Shown one piece after another: positions 1 through 10,155 of a stretch of 64,000 nucleotides of DNA. A program made the translations under genes and the position numbers. Each line of letters begins with the position of its first letter. The first letter of the stretch is position 1. The notes under the pieces are model-generated. The model did no database searches. It worked only from the letters and a program-made list of their open reading frames with translations, and was not told the origin of the DNA. Location of the stretch: the NCBI RefSeq assembly GCF_000026545.1, contig NC_011601.1; one strand, 5' to 3'. Origin of the DNA: Escherichia coli O127:H6 str. E2348/69. GTDB taxonomy: Bacteria > Pseudomonadota > Gammaproteobacteria > Enterobacterales > Enterobacteriaceae.

Positions 1-603
1 GCAACGGCACGACCGCTTTCCAGGGTACGGAAAGAGTCACCGTGATCTTTGGCGCTGATGATGCGCATATTCATTTTTTGCTCTTCATTCAGTTTGTTGA
101 GCAAAACTTCAGAGGTGGTGCCGGAAGTGACGACTACGGCTTTGCCTTTCAGGTCGGCAAAATCTTTGATATCGCCGCCCTTTTTGGTCAGCAGGCGCGT
201 ACCGACCACGAAAATAGTGTCAGAGAAAGCCGCCTGTTTTTGGCGTTCGGCATTGTTGGTGGTAGAACCGCATTCAAAATCGAAAGTGCCGTTTTGCAGC
301 AGTGGAATACGGTTTTGTGAGGTGATCGGAATCAATTTCACCTGTAAGTCTGGTTTGTTGAGTTTCTTTTTCACTGCTTCAACAATGGCGTTGGAGTAAT
401 CCTGCGAGTAGCCCACCACTTTTTGCTGATTGTCGTAATAAGAGAAAGGTACTGAAGATTCACGGTGACCGACGACAATCACGCCGTTTTTGGCGATTTT
501 GTCCAGCGTGCTGCCTGCTGCCGGGGCGGCGTCATCTGCCTGTGCCAGTCCTGCGGAAAGCGCCAGGGCCAGGATTGCTGTGGCAGGTTTACGTAATTGC
601 ATA
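1..603 (-). CDS. gltI: Glutamate/aspartate ABC transporter periplasmic binding protein GltI, N-terminal 201 codons (3' end lies beyond the left window edge)
   Basis: Absent from the ORF track because it has no in-window stop. My reverse-complement translation from the ATG at 603..601 reads MQLRKPATAILALALSAGLAQADDAAPAAGSTLDKIAKNGVIVVGHRESSVPFSYYDNQQKVVGYSQDYSNAIVEAVKKKLNKPDLQVKLIPIT, a signal peptide plus solute-binding protein that I recognise as GltI. The + ORFs 42..320 and 49..399 are antisense shadows. Confidence 0.9.
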
Positions 604-1055
604 TCCAACTCCTTTATCTTCTGCGTTAAAAACGCATGGATACCCGTTGTGAGTGTTTGTGTTGTTATCATCTGCGACTTTATTGTGCAGTGTTGTGTTT
701 GTTAGGTAACATTTAGTTTGGATAAATGTAAAGATATTGATGTTTTATTGTTTATTTTTGCGAGGTGCGCCGCACCATTCCGAAGCAAAATTCTTAAACC
801 GCACCTTTTTGGTGCTACCGCTGATTTGTGGTGGTGCAACCCGGTTGCGTTGCGGCTGATTTCATTGCTTACACAGTAAATAAAGCAACTTACATGCCAA
901 AAAATACTTAGGGGTGAATTAATTACGATTGTAATTTCAGTTTGAAAAAGTCATATTTCGGACAGTGTTAACTTTTCGGTGTGGGACGTTTGCCGGGATG
1001 ATAACTACACACGGGAAAATGCTTTTTACTAGTCTTTTCAAGGAAGAATCACCTT

Positions 1056-2933
1056 ATGTCTGCATCTTCGGTTAAGCCGTTAAATGTTCAATTACCCGCA
1101 ATAACCCTGATCCTTTTTGCGCTCTGTGTTGGGATATTTTGTTACCTCGCACAATGGATGAGTTACGAAGAAGTCGATCAATCCGCACTCATCCATCTCG
1201 GCGCTAACGTTGCCTCTCTCACGTTGTCGGGTGAACCCTGGCGCTTATTGAGCAGTGTCTTTCTGCACAGTAGTTTTTCCCATTTGCTGATGAATATGTT
1301 TGCACTCCTGGCGGTGGGGACAGTAGCGGAACGGATACTGGGGAAATGGCGACTCCTGATTATCTGGTTATTCTCCGGCATCTTTGGTGGGCTGATCAGC
1401 GCCTGTTATGCGTTACGCGAAAGTGAGCAGATAGTCATCAGCGTTGGGGCATCCGGGGCAATTATGGGAATAGCGGGCGCTGCGATAGCAACACAGCTTG
1501 CTTCAGGTGCGGGCACACACCATAAAAACCAGCGGCGAGTATTTCCTCTGTTGGGTATGGTGGCGCTGACACTGTTGTATGGTACCCGGCAAACAGGAAT
1601 AGATAACGCTTGCCACATTGGCGGCCTGATTGCGGGGGGCGCGTTGGGTTGGCTGAGTGCGCGTTTAGTTGGGCAAAATCGGCTCGTTACGGAAGGCGGG
1701 ATTATTGTTGCGGTCACTCTTCTTCTGACCGGGACTATCTGGCTTGTGCAGCAGCAGATTGATGAATCAGTTTTACAGGTCAGGCAAAGCCTGCGTGAAG
1801 CGTTTTATCCGCAGGAGATTGAACAAGAGCGACGACAAAAAAAGCAGCAGTTAGTGGAGGAGCGCAACGCCCTCAGGGAAACATTATCCGCTCCGGTAAG
1901 TCGTGAGCAGGCCAGTGGTGATTTACTCGCTGAGATTGCCGATATCCATGATATGGCGATCAGTCGGGATGCTAATACGTTGTATGCCGCAATTGAAAAC
2001 ACGAACAGCATTGTTGTTTTCGACCTCGGACAAAAGAAAATCCTGCATACCTTTACAGCGCCCATAGCGAAAGAAAAGTCAGTCAAACATTGTGGTGGCT
2101 GTAAAGATCAGGGCGTCAGATCGATGGCATTAAGCCTGGATGAAAAGTTGATTTATGCGACTTCATTTGAAGCGAATGCGTTATCGGTCATTAACGTGGC
2201 GACGGGGGAGATTATTCAGTCGATTACCACCGGCGCACATCCTGACAGCCTTATCCTCTCGTGTGATGGCACAAAAGCCTGGGTGATGAATCGCACCAGC
2301 AATAGTGTGTCAGCGATTGATCTGGTGGCTTATCAGCATGTGGCGGATATCCCGCTGGAGAAATACGACGGGACGGGGATGAGCGGTAAACCAGGCGCCT
2401 GGGTTATGGCACTTTCCCCGGATGAAAAAACATTACTGGTTCCGGGAGCAGGCAGAGGTAACATCGTGCGGTTCAATACCATCACGCATCAGAAAGAAGA
2501 CTTTCCCGCAGGTAATGCGCGTGGTGTCGTTTCTGCGATGGGATTCCGACCAAAAAATGGTGAGGTTATTTTTGCCGATAGCCAGGGGATTTCACGTATA
2601 AGAGCAGAGGATCAACAAGCCAGCATTATGACGCAATGGTGTCGCAGGAGCGTTTATTCCGTTGAGGGTATTAGCCCGGACGGTCAGTATTTAGCGTTGG
2701 TGTCATATGGCCTGCAAGGTTATGTCATCCTGCTCAATATTAATGCCGGGCAGATTATTGGCGTTTATCCTGCCAGCTACGTTAATAATCTTCGTTTTTC
2801 AGCGGATGGTAGAAAGATATTTGTTATGGCGAAGAACAGGTTAATCCAAATGGACAGGACGCGCTCGATTGATCCGCAGGCAATTATTCGGCATCCCCAA
2901 TATGGCGATGTGGCTTGTATCCCTGAAACGTAA
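1056..2933 (+). CDS. Rhomboid-family intramembrane serine protease (7 predicted TM segments) fused to a coiled-coil linker and a C-terminal 7-bladed YVTN/YncE-like beta-propeller
   Basis: 625-aa ORF. Rhomboid hallmarks are all visible: L1 WR motif (GEPWRLLSSVFLH), HxxxxHxxxN (LHSSFSHLLMNM), catalytic GxSG (GASGAIMG) and catalytic His helix (ACHIGGLIAGG). An extra hydrophobic segment (IIVAVTLLLTGTIWLV) follows the 6-TM core. Next comes a charged heptad-like stretch (EIEQERRQKKQQLVEERNALRE). Then seven repeats of the type S-x-D-(G/E)-x-hydrophobic ... N-x-V-x-V-I-D, for example MALSLDEKLIYATSFEANALSVINVATGEII. Confidence 0.8.
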   Translation: MSASSVKPLNVQLPAITLILFALCVGIFCYLAQWMSYEEVDQSALIHLGANVASLTLSGEPWRLLSSVFLHSSFSHLLMNMFALLAVGTVAERILGKWRLLIIWLFSGIFGGLISACYALRESEQIVISVGASGAIMGIAGAAIATQLASGAGTHHKNQRRVFPLLGMVALTLLYGTRQTGIDNACHIGGLIAGGALGWLSARLVGQNRLVTEGGIIVAVTLLLTGTIWLVQQQIDESVLQVRQSLREAFYPQEIEQERRQKKQQLVEERNALRETLSAPVSREQASGDLLAEIADIHDMAISRDANTLYAAIENTNSIVVFDLGQKKILHTFTAPIAKEKSVKHCGGCKDQGVRSMALSLDEKLIYATSFEANALSVINVATGEIIQSITTGAHPDSLILSCDGTKAWVMNRTSNSVSAIDLVAYQHVADIPLEKYDGTGMSGKPGAWVMALSPDEKTLLVPGAGRGNIVRFNTITHQKEDFPAGNARGVVSAMGFRPKNGEVIFADSQGISRIRAEDQQASIMTQWCRRSVYSVEGISPDGQYLALVSYGLQGYVILLNINAGQIIGVYPASYVNNLRFSADGRKIFVMAKNRLIQMDRTRSIDPQAIIRHPQYGDVACIPET

Positions 2934-2961
2934 GAAAAAAGGGGCATGATAATCATGCCCC
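2931..2961 (-). terminator. Intrinsic terminator oriented for the minus strand (end of the ybeZ-ybeY-corC-lnt transcription unit)
   Basis: GGGGCATGA/TCATGCCCC stem at 2941..2961. The A-run at 2935..2940 becomes the U-tract on the minus strand (GGGGCATGATTATCATGCCCCTTTTTTCTTA). That U-tract overlaps the TAA stop of the + strand rhomboid ORF. Confidence 0.6.
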
Positions 2962-2993
2962 ACAACTCAATGAGAAAGTATGTTTTGTTGATA

Positions 2994-3049
2994 CCGGATG
3001 CGGTGTGAACGGTTTATCTGGCCTGCAAAATTGATGCAATTTTGCAGGC
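2994..3049. repeat. REP-like palindromic unit plus a 12-bp-stem hairpin downstream of lnt
   Basis: ccggatgcggtgtgaacggtttatctggcctgc resembles the E. coli REP consensus (GCCGGATGCGGCGTGAACGCCTTATCCGGCCTAC). gcctgcaaaatt-gatgc-aattttgcaggc at 3021..3049 is a perfect inverted repeat. Confidence 0.5.
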
Positions 3050-3065
3050 CAGCGCATCATTCACA

Positions 3066-4607
3066 TCAACGTTTACGTCGCTGACGCAGACTCATCAGCA
3101 CAGCTGCAAAACCAAACAGTGCCGTCAGCACCCACAGTGGCCAGTTGCCGGTACGTGCGTACGGGGTGAGTCCGGTGGTCGGCGTTACGTTAGTGGTTAA
3201 CACCTCGCGGGTGAACTGCGGGATCATCGCCTGAATCTCACCCTGCGGGCCAATCACCGCCGTAATGCCGTTGTTGGTGCTGCGCAACAGTGGGCGCGCC
3301 AGCTCCAGCGCACGCATTCGCGCCATCTGGAAGTGCTGCCATGGACCAATAGACTTACCAAACCACGCATCGTTGGAGATAGTCAGCAGATAGTCGGTAT
3401 CCGGGCGGAAGTTATCGCGCACTTGCTCGCCGAGAATGATTTCGTAGCAAATGGCCGCAGTAAGTTGAATGCCATTCAACGACAGCGGTGGCTGAATATA
3501 TGGTCCGCGGCTGAATGACGACATCGGCAAATCAAAGAACGGTGCTAACGGACGCAGAATCGACTCCAGTGGGACAAACTCGCCAAACGGCACCAGATGG
3601 TTTTTGTTATAGCGATCGGCTGATTCGTAGCTGTACGGTGCACCTTTACCCAGTGTGATGATGGTGTTGTAGGTATCGTAGCGGTTCTGCTTATTGAGAC
3701 GCGCGTCGACAATCCCGGTGACCAGCGAGCTACCTTTATCGCGCAACTCACCGTCCAGTGCTTTGAGGAACGGTTGCTGATTAATTTCCAGATCGGTTAT
3801 CGCCGACTCCGGCCAGATAATCAACGATGATTTGCCCATCAGCGGTGCCGTTGCGTTGTAGTAAATCTTCAGCGTATTAAGTAGCTGGTCTCCGTCCCAT
3901 TTCAGCGATTGCGGAATATCGCCCTGAACCATCGAAACCTGAATAGTTTTTTCCGGTTGCGGGGTAAACCACTGGATGTAACGCAGCGGGAAGGGAAGGG
4001 CAAACAGCACGACGGCCACCACCAGCGGACGCCAGTTGCGTTTGACCAACGCCAGTGCCAGCAGGCCGCTAACCATCATCAGCAGGAAGTTAATGGCTTC
4101 CACGCCCATTATCGGTGCCAGCCCTTTTAACGGGCCATCAATCTGGCTATAGCCGAACTGTAACCACGGGAAGCCTGTCAGTACCCAACCGCGCAGAAAC
4201 TCGGTCACTTGCCAGAGAGCAGGGGCGGCAATCGCCACGCGCAGCCAGGTGGTTTTCGGCCACAGACGCGACAGCACGCCAGCAAACAGTCCGGTATACA
4301 GCGACAAATACGCCGCCAGCAGTACCACCAGGAAGATGTTAACCGGGCCAGGCATTCCGCCAAAGGTCGCGATGCTGACATAGACCCAGTTAATACCGCT
4401 GCCAAAGAGGCCAAATCCCCAGCAAAAGCCAATAGCGGCAGACTGGAGTGGACGGCGGTTAAAGGTCAACGCCTGAAGCCCCATCAGCGAAATAATCGCC
4501 GCAGGCCAGACATCGTAAGGAGAGAAGGCCAGCGTTCCGCAGGCACCGAATAATAACGCCAGCAGCAGGCGAATGCGCTGGCGTTCAATTAATGAGGCAA
4601 AAGCCAT
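3066..4607 (-). CDS. lnt: Apolipoprotein N-acyltransferase
   Basis: 513-aa ORF beginning [43 protein letters not shown]. It has a multi-TM N-terminal part and a C-terminal nitrilase-type domain. Recognised as Lnt (CutE); synteny with corC, ybeY and ybeZ. Confidence 0.95.
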   Translation of the reverse strand: MAFASLIERQRIRLLLALLFGACGTLAFSPYDVWPAAIISLMGLQALTFNRRPLQSAAIGFCWGFGLFGSGINWVYVSIATFGGMPGPVNIFLVVLLAAYLSLYTGLFAGVLSRLWPKTTWLRVAIAAPALWQVTEFLRGWVLTGFPWLQFGYSQIDGPLKGLAPIMGVEAINFLLMMVSGLLALALVKRNWRPLVVAVVLFALPFPLRYIQWFTPQPEKTIQVSMVQGDIPQSLKWDGDQLLNTLKIYYNATAPLMGKSSLIIWPESAITDLEINQQPFLKALDGELRDKGSSLVTGIVDARLNKQNRYDTYNTIITLGKGAPYSYESADRYNKNHLVPFGEFVPLESILRPLAPFFDLPMSSFSRGPYIQPPLSLNGIQLTAAICYEIILGEQVRDNFRPDTDYLLTISNDAWFGKSIGPWQHFQMARMRALELARPLLRSTNNGITAVIGPQGEIQAMIPQFTREVLTTNVTPTTGLTPYARTGNWPLWVLTALFGFAAVLMSLRQRRKR

Positions 4608-4631
4608 GTAGTTATCTATCCAGTTTCGGTT

Positions 4632-5510
4632 TTATTCATCCAGCTTCGGCTGGGGTGAGTCATCCGGGATTTTGACATGAACCTGAATAATACGCCGACT
4701 GTCGGCCATCGCCACTTTGAACTGGTAACCGTCGATGTCGATGGTTTCGCCACGCGCCGGAAGATGCCCAAATGCCTGCATCACCAGACCACCGATAGTG
4801 TCAACCTCTTCATCGCTAAAGTGGGTGCCGAACGCTTCGTTGAAGTCTTCAATAGAAGCCAGTGCGCGCACGGTCCAGGTATGACGACTCAGCTGACGGA
4901 AGTCGATATCATCTTCTTCGTCATACTCGTCTTCAATCTCACCAACAATCAGTTCCAGGATGTCTTCAATGGTCACCAGACCGGAAACCCCGCCGAATTC
5001 GTCAATGACGATCGCCATGTGGTAACGCTGAGAGCGAAACTCTTTCAGCATCCGGTCTACGCGCTTACTTTCAGGAACGACAACCGCCTGACGTAACACT
5101 TTGTCCATGCTGAAGGCTTCAGCATCGCTGCGCATAAACGGCAGCAAGTCTTTCGCCATCAGAATCCCTTCAATGTGATCTTTGTCTTCGCTAATCACCG
5201 GGAAACGTGAGTGGGCGGACTCGATGATGACATCAAGGCATTCGTCCAGCGTCTGGTTGCGTTTCAGGGTAATCATCTGGGAGCGGGGGATCATGATGTC
5301 GCGAACGCGTTGGTCTGCGATGTCCATCACCCCTTCGAGCATATCGCGCGTATCTTCGTCGATAAGGTCGTTCTGCCCGGAATCACGGATCAGCGCCAGC
5401 AGTTCGTCACGGTTTTTCGGTTCACCGTGGAAAAGTTGGCTGAGTAACAGGGAGAAAAATCCCTTCTTGTTGCTTATCGTGTCACTACTGTGTGAATTGT
5501 CGTCGCTCAT
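4632..5510 (-). CDS. corC: CBS-pair/CorC_HlyC domain magnesium and cobalt efflux accessory protein CorC (YbeX)
   Basis: 292-aa [46 protein letters not shown], recognised as CorC. Synteny supports the call. Confidence 0.95.
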   Translation of the reverse strand: MSDDNSHSSDTISNKKGFFSLLLSQLFHGEPKNRDELLALIRDSGQNDLIDEDTRDMLEGVMDIADQRVRDIMIPRSQMITLKRNQTLDECLDVIIESAHSRFPVISEDKDHIEGILMAKDLLPFMRSDAEAFSMDKVLRQAVVVPESKRVDRMLKEFRSQRYHMAIVIDEFGGVSGLVTIEDILELIVGEIEDEYDEEDDIDFRQLSRHTWTVRALASIEDFNEAFGTHFSDEEVDTIGGLVMQAFGHLPARGETIDIDGYQFKVAMADSRRIIQVHVKIPDDSPQPKLDE

Positions 5511-5599
5511 GGCGTCGTATGGGTTCTCATGTTAGTTAATCAAAACGCCGTCGTTAATCACCAACGGCGGGGACGTCTGCCAGTCAAATGCCTGGCAAA

Positions 5600-6067
5600 T
5601 TATTCTTTCTCGGCAATGTACGGATCCTCATAGCCCAGAGCAAGCATAATCTCTGTTTCGATGGCTTCCATTTCTTCTGCTTCGTCATCTTCGATGTGAT
5701 CGTAACCTAACAAATGCAGACTGCCGTGCACCACCATATGCGCCCAGTGCGCCTCCAGTGGTTTGCCTTGCTCCTGAGCTTCCTTCTCAACCACCTGACG
5801 GCAGATAACCAGATCGCCCAGTAGCGACATTTCCATGCCAGGCGGCACTTCAAACGGGAAGGAGAGCACGTTGGTCGGCTTATCCTTACCGCGATAGGTC
5901 AGATTCAGACTGTGGCTTTCGGCGGTATCGACCACGCGAATAGTCACTTCCGATTCTTCCTGAAACTGCGGGATCACCGCATTCAGCCATGTTTGAAACT
6001 GGCTCTCTTCCGGTAACCCGGAATTATCTTCACATGCCAGTTGTAAATCGAGGATCACCTGACTCAT
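5600..6067 (-). CDS. ybeY: Endoribonuclease YbeY (16S rRNA 3'-end maturation metalloprotein)
   Basis: 155-aa ORF with the HGxLHLxGYDH zinc motif ([11 protein letters not shown]). A 4-nt overlap with ybeZ indicates coupling. Confidence 0.95.
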   Translation of the reverse strand: MSQVILDLQLACEDNSGLPEESQFQTWLNAVIPQFQEESEVTIRVVDTAESHSLNLTYRGKDKPTNVLSFPFEVPPGMEMSLLGDLVICRQVVEKEAQEQGKPLEAHWAHMVVHGSLHLLGYDHIEDDEAEEMEAIETEIMLALGYEDPYIAEKE

Positions 6068-7104
6068 TTTTGTTCCTGTTCTTCGCGCTTGCGTTCTGCT
6101 GCCAGCGCCGCTTTACGTTTTTGTTCGGCTTCTTCCCAGGCTTCATAGGCGTTAACGATACGCGCCACCACCGGGTGACGAACCACGTCTTCGCTGTGGA
6201 AGAAGTTAAAGCTGATCTCTTCGACATCAGCCAGCACTTCGATGGCATGACGCAAACCAGACTTGGTATTACGCGGCAGGTCGATCTGTGTGACGTCGCC
6301 GGTGATAACCGCTTTTGAGTTAAAACCGATACGGGTCAGGAACATCTTCATCTGTTCGATGGTAGTGTTCTGGCTCTCATCAAGAATGATAAACGCGTCG
6401 TTCAGCGTACGACCACGCATATAGGCCAGCGGTGCGACTTCAATAACGTTGCGCTCAATCAGTTTCTCGACTTTCTCAAAGCCCAGCATTTCAAACAGCG
6501 CGTCGTACAGCGGGCGCAGATACGGGTCTACTTTCTGGCTTAAATCGCCAGGCAGGAAGCCCAGTTTCTCACCGGCTTCGACCGCCGGACGAGTCAGCAG
6601 AATACGGCGAATTTCCTGACGCTCCAGGGCATCAACTGCCGCAGCCACTGCCAGGTAGGTTTTACCCGTACCCGCCGGGCCAACGCCGAAGGTAATGTCA
6701 TGGTCGAGAATATTGGCGATGTACTGCGCCTGGTTTGGCGTGCGCGGCTTAATTACGCCGCGTTTGGTTTTGATATTGACTGCTTTGCCGTACTCCGGCA
6801 CGCTCTCCGCGCTTTGCTCCAGTACCCGCGCTTCTTTAATCGCAAGGTGGATCTGTTCCGGTTCGATATCCTGAATCTGACCGCGCATCGGGGCAGTATC
6901 GACATACAGGCTACGCAGAATGTCTGCCGCAGCGGTGACGCAAATCGGACGGCCGGTCAGTTTAAAGTGGTTATCGCGGCGATTGATCTCGATGCCGAGA
7001 CGGCGTTCGAGTTGTTTGATGTTGTCATCAAACGGGCCGCACAGGCTCAACAGACGTGCGTTGTCTGCTGGCTCCAGAGTGATTTCGCGAGTGTCTATGT
7101 TCAA
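6064..7104 (-). CDS. ybeZ: PhoH-like ATPase YbeZ
   Basis: The ORF-track entry 6064..7143 is trimmed to the TTG at 7104..7102, which is preceded by AGAGGAA. This gives the 346-aa (M)[18 protein letters not shown] protein. Walker A motif GPAGTGKT is present. Confidence 0.9.
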   Translation of the reverse strand: MNIDTREITLEPADNARLLSLCGPFDDNIKQLERRLGIEINRRDNHFKLTGRPICVTAAADILRSLYVDTAPMRGQIQDIEPEQIHLAIKEARVLEQSAESVPEYGKAVNIKTKRGVIKPRTPNQAQYIANILDHDITFGVGPAGTGKTYLAVAAAVDALERQEIRRILLTRPAVEAGEKLGFLPGDLSQKVDPYLRPLYDALFEMLGFEKVEKLIERNVIEVAPLAYMRGRTLNDAFIILDESQNTTIEQMKMFLTRIGFNSKAVITGDVTQIDLPRNTKSGLRHAIEVLADVEEISFNFFHSEDVVRHPVVARIVNAYEAWEEAEQKRKAALAAERKREEQEQK

Positions 7105-7220
7105 ACCGTTCCTCTTATCTGTATGCCGCCGGAAGCTGAACATTCACCGGCCTATAAGGAAATTATTCGCGCCACAGGAAAAAGGCGCAAGCATTGCGAT
7201 AAAGATGGGGATAAAGAGAG

Positions 7221-7251
7221 AAAAAACAAGGCCCACCGGAACGGCGGGCCT
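7221..7251 (-). terminator. Intrinsic terminator after miaB
   Basis: The minus strand reads AGGCCCGCCGTTCCGGTGGGCCT followed by TGTTTTTTCTC. It starts 6 nt after the miaB stop. Confidence 0.65.
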
Positions 7252-7256
7252 GAGAA

Positions 7257-8681
7257 TTACGGCTGATAATAACCCACGCCAAGGTCGTTTTCTTTGCGGG
7301 TACGGGCAATCACCGATTCCGGTGTTTCTGCCACGCGCAGACCCATTTCATCTTCAGTTCGCACCACTTTACCGCGCAGAGAGTTCGGGTAGACGTCGGT
7401 AATTTCTACATCGACGAATTTACCGATCATATCCGGTGTGCCCTCGAAGTTAACCACGCGGTTATTTTCAGTGCGACCGGAAAGCTCCATGATGCTCTTA
7501 CGTGAAGTCCCTTCTACCAGAATGCGCTGGGTGGTGCCGAGCATCCGGCGGCTCCATGCCATCGCTTGCTGATTAATGCGCTCTTGCAGAATATACAGAC
7601 GCTGCTTCTTCTCTTCTTCCGGAACATCATCAACCATATCGGCGGCTGGTGTACCCGGACGTGCAGAGAAGATAAAGCTGTAGCTCATGTCGAAATTGAC
7701 GTCGGCAATCAGCTTCATCGTTTTCTCGAAGTCGTCGGTGGTTTCGCCAGGGAAGCCAACGATGAAGTCAGAACTGATCTGAATATCCGGACGCGCCGCA
7801 CGCAGTTTACGGATGATCGCTTTGTACTCCAGCGCCGTGTGAGTACGGCCCATCAGGTTCAGAATGCGATCGGAACCGCTCTGTACCGGCAGGTGCAGGA
7901 AGCTCACCAGCTCCGGCGTGTCGCGATACACTTCGATGATATCGTCGGTGAATTCGATCGGATGGCTGGTGGTAAAGCGAATACGATCGATCCCGTCGAT
8001 GGCGGCAACCAGACGCAGCAGATCGGCAAACGTTCCGGTGGTGCCGTCGTAGTTCTCACCACGCCAGGCATTCACATTCTGACCGAGCAGGTTGACTTCA
8101 CGCACGCCCTGAGCCGCAAGCTGGGCGATCTCAAACAGAATATCGTCGGACGGACGGCTTACCTCTTCACCACGGGTGTAAGGCACCACGCAGTAGGTGC
8201 AATATTTATTGCAGCCTTCCATAATGGAGACAAACGCGGTCGGCCCTTCGGCGCGCGGTTCTGGCAGACGGTCAAACTTCTCGATTTCCGGGAAGCTGAT
8301 ATCTACAACCGGGCTGCGGTCGCCGCGCACGGAGTTGATCATCTCCGGCAGGCGGTGCAGCGTTTGCGGCCCAAAAATAATATCGACATAGTGGGCGCGC
8401 TGGCGAATGTGCTCGCCTTCTTGCGATGCCACGCAGCCGCCGACGCCGATAATCAGGTCTGGATTCTTCTCTTTTAACAGTTTCCAGCGACCCAACTGAT
8501 GGAAGACTTTTTCCTGAGCCTTCTCGCGGATTGAGCAGGTGTTCAGCAGCAGCACATCCGCTTCTTCCGCCACGTCGGTCAGTTGATAGCCGTGGGTGGC
8601 ATCCAGCAGATCGGCCATCTTCGATGAATCGTACTCGTTCATCTGACAGCCCCAGGTTTTAATATGGAGTTTTTTGGTCAT
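7257..8681 (-). CDS. miaB: tRNA-i6A37 methylthiotransferase (radical SAM)
   Basis: 474-aa [22 protein letters not shown] with the radical-SAM CxxxCxxC motif (CNKYCTYC). Recognised as MiaB. Confidence 0.95.
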   Translation of the reverse strand: MTKKLHIKTWGCQMNEYDSSKMADLLDATHGYQLTDVAEEADVLLLNTCSIREKAQEKVFHQLGRWKLLKEKNPDLIIGVGGCVASQEGEHIRQRAHYVDIIFGPQTLHRLPEMINSVRGDRSPVVDISFPEIEKFDRLPEPRAEGPTAFVSIMEGCNKYCTYCVVPYTRGEEVSRPSDDILFEIAQLAAQGVREVNLLGQNVNAWRGENYDGTTGTFADLLRLVAAIDGIDRIRFTTSHPIEFTDDIIEVYRDTPELVSFLHLPVQSGSDRILNLMGRTHTALEYKAIIRKLRAARPDIQISSDFIVGFPGETTDDFEKTMKLIADVNFDMSYSFIFSARPGTPAADMVDDVPEEEKKQRLYILQERINQQAMAWSRRMLGTTQRILVEGTSRKSIMELSGRTENNRVVNFEGTPDMIGKFVDVEITDVYPNSLRGKVVRTEDEMGLRVAETPESVIARTRKENDLGVGYYQP

Positions 8682-8826
8682 CGACTTGCTCTTGCGAAAT
8701 AGTAGCCAGGAATGCAGGGCGCATAGTGTAATGCTTTGCTGCCGTTGTGACCAGTATGAGCGTTATCAGCCCTTGGGGGTAAAAATCCTGTAAACTTAAA
8801 GCATATTGCTAACAGGATGATTGACC

Positions 8827-10002
8827 ATGACAAATCAACCAACGGAAATTGCCATTGTCGGCGGAGGAATGGTCGGCGGCGCACTGGCGCTGGGACTGGC
8901 ACAGCACGGGTTTACGGTAACGGTTATTGAACATGCCCAGCCTGCGCCGTTTGTTGCGGACAGCCAGCCGGACGTGCGGATCTCGGCGATCAGCGCGGCT
9001 TCGGTATCATTGCTTAAAGGGGTAGGGGTCTGGGATGCAGTACAGGCTATGCGTTGCCATCCTTACCGCAGACTGGAAACGTGGGAGTGGGAAACGGCGC
9101 ATGTCGTGTTTGACGCCGCTGAACTTAAGCTACCGTTGCTTGGCTACATGGTGGAAAACACTGTCCTGCAACAGGCGTTGTGGCAGGCGCTGGAAGCGCA
9201 TCCGAAAGTAACGTTACGTGTGCCAGGCTCGCTGATTGCACAGCATCGCCATAATGATCTTCAGGAGCTGGAACTGAAGGGCGGTGAAACGATCCTCGCG
9301 AAGCTGGTGATTGGTGCCGACGGCGCAAATTCGCAGGTGCGACAGATGGCGGGAATTGGCGTTCATGCCTGGCAGTATGCGCAGTCGTGTATGTTGATTA
9401 GCGTACAGTGTGAGAACGATCCCGGCGACAGCACCTGGCAGCAATTTACCCCGGACGGACCGCGTGCGTTTCTGCCGTTGTTTGATAACTGGGCATCGCT
9501 GGTGTGGTATGACTCTCCGGCGCGCATTCGCCAGTTGCAGAATATGAATATGGCGCAGCTACAGGCGGAAATCGCGAAGCATTTCCCGTCGCGTCTGGGT
9601 TACGTGACACCGCTTGCCGCTGGTGCGTTTCCGCTGATACGTCGCCATGCGTTGCAGTATGTGCAACCAGGGCTTGCTCTGGTGGGCGATGCCGCGCATA
9701 CCATCCATCCGCTGGCGGGACAGGGAGTGAATCTTGGTTATCGTGATGTCGATGCCCTGATTGACGTTCTGGTGAACGCCCGCAGCTACGGCGAAGCGTG
9801 GGCCAGTTATCCTGTGCTCAAGCGTTACCAGATGCGGCGTATGGCGGATAACTTCATGATGCAAAGTGGTATGGATCTGTTTTATGCCGGATTCAGCAAT
9901 AATCTGCCACCGCTGCGTTTTGTGCGTAATCTTGGTTTGATGGCGGCGGAGCGTGCTGGCGTGTTGAAACGTAAGGCGCTGAAATATGCGTTAGGGTTGT
10001 AG
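8827..10002 (+). CDS. ubiF: 2-octaprenyl-3-methyl-6-methoxy-1,4-benzoquinol hydroxylase (FAD monooxygenase)
   Basis: The ORF-track start at 8821 is a TTG. The ATG at 8827 gives the 391-aa MTNQPTEIAIVGGGMVGGALALGLAQHGF protein (GxGxxG FAD fold), recognised as UbiF. Confidence 0.93.
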   Translation: MTNQPTEIAIVGGGMVGGALALGLAQHGFTVTVIEHAQPAPFVADSQPDVRISAISAASVSLLKGVGVWDAVQAMRCHPYRRLETWEWETAHVVFDAAELKLPLLGYMVENTVLQQALWQALEAHPKVTLRVPGSLIAQHRHNDLQELELKGGETILAKLVIGADGANSQVRQMAGIGVHAWQYAQSCMLISVQCENDPGDSTWQQFTPDGPRAFLPLFDNWASLVWYDSPARIRQLQNMNMAQLQAEIAKHFPSRLGYVTPLAAGAFPLIRRHALQYVQPGLALVGDAAHTIHPLAGQGVNLGYRDVDALIDVLVNARSYGEAWASYPVLKRYQMRRMADNFMMQSGMDLFYAGFSNNLPPLRFVRNLGLMAAERAGVLKRKALKYALGL

Positions 10003-10032
10003 CCTCACAACATTGCTGGATGCATGCCAACC

Positions 10033-10068
10033 GTAGGTCGGATAAGACGCGGCAGCGTCGCATCCGAC
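10033..10068. repeat. REP element (a second degenerate unit follows to about 10104)
   Basis: gtaggtcggataagacgcggcagcgtcgcatccgac has typical REP palindromic unit structure. It sits directly after the ubiF stop. Confidence 0.55.
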
Positions 10069-10123
10069 TTTGAAGGATAAGACGAGTCAACATCGCATTC
10101 GGCATTGAATATACGCAGAAAAG

Positions 10124-10151
10124 CAAAAAGCTCGCCGAAGCGAGCTTTTTT
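10124..10151. terminator. Bidirectional intrinsic terminator (end of the tRNA operon on the minus strand, and of ubiF on the plus strand)
   Basis: The AGCTCG/CGAGCT stem is flanked by AAAAA on the left and TTTTTT on the right (aaaaagctcgccgaagcgagctttttt). Confidence 0.65.
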
Positions 10152-10155
10152 AATG

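Noticed and set aside
832-849. Sigma54-like element TGGTGCAACCCGGTTGCG on the plus strand, upstream of the rhomboid-fusion gene
   Set aside because: The GG-to-GC spacing is 2 nt longer than in the TGGCAC-N5-TTGCA consensus. Sigma54 promoters tolerate essentially no spacing change, and the -24 reads TGGTGC rather than TGGCAC.
7566-8477. 303-aa plus-strand ORF inside miaB. The same class of artefact occurs at 35952..36794 in pgm, 31553..32242 in chiP, 39535..40107 in speF, 47736..48329 in kdpA and 28919..29500 in glnS.
   Set aside because: All of them lie opposite well-recognised genes and lack domain signatures. Long antisense ORFs are expected from the RNY codon bias of E. coli genes.
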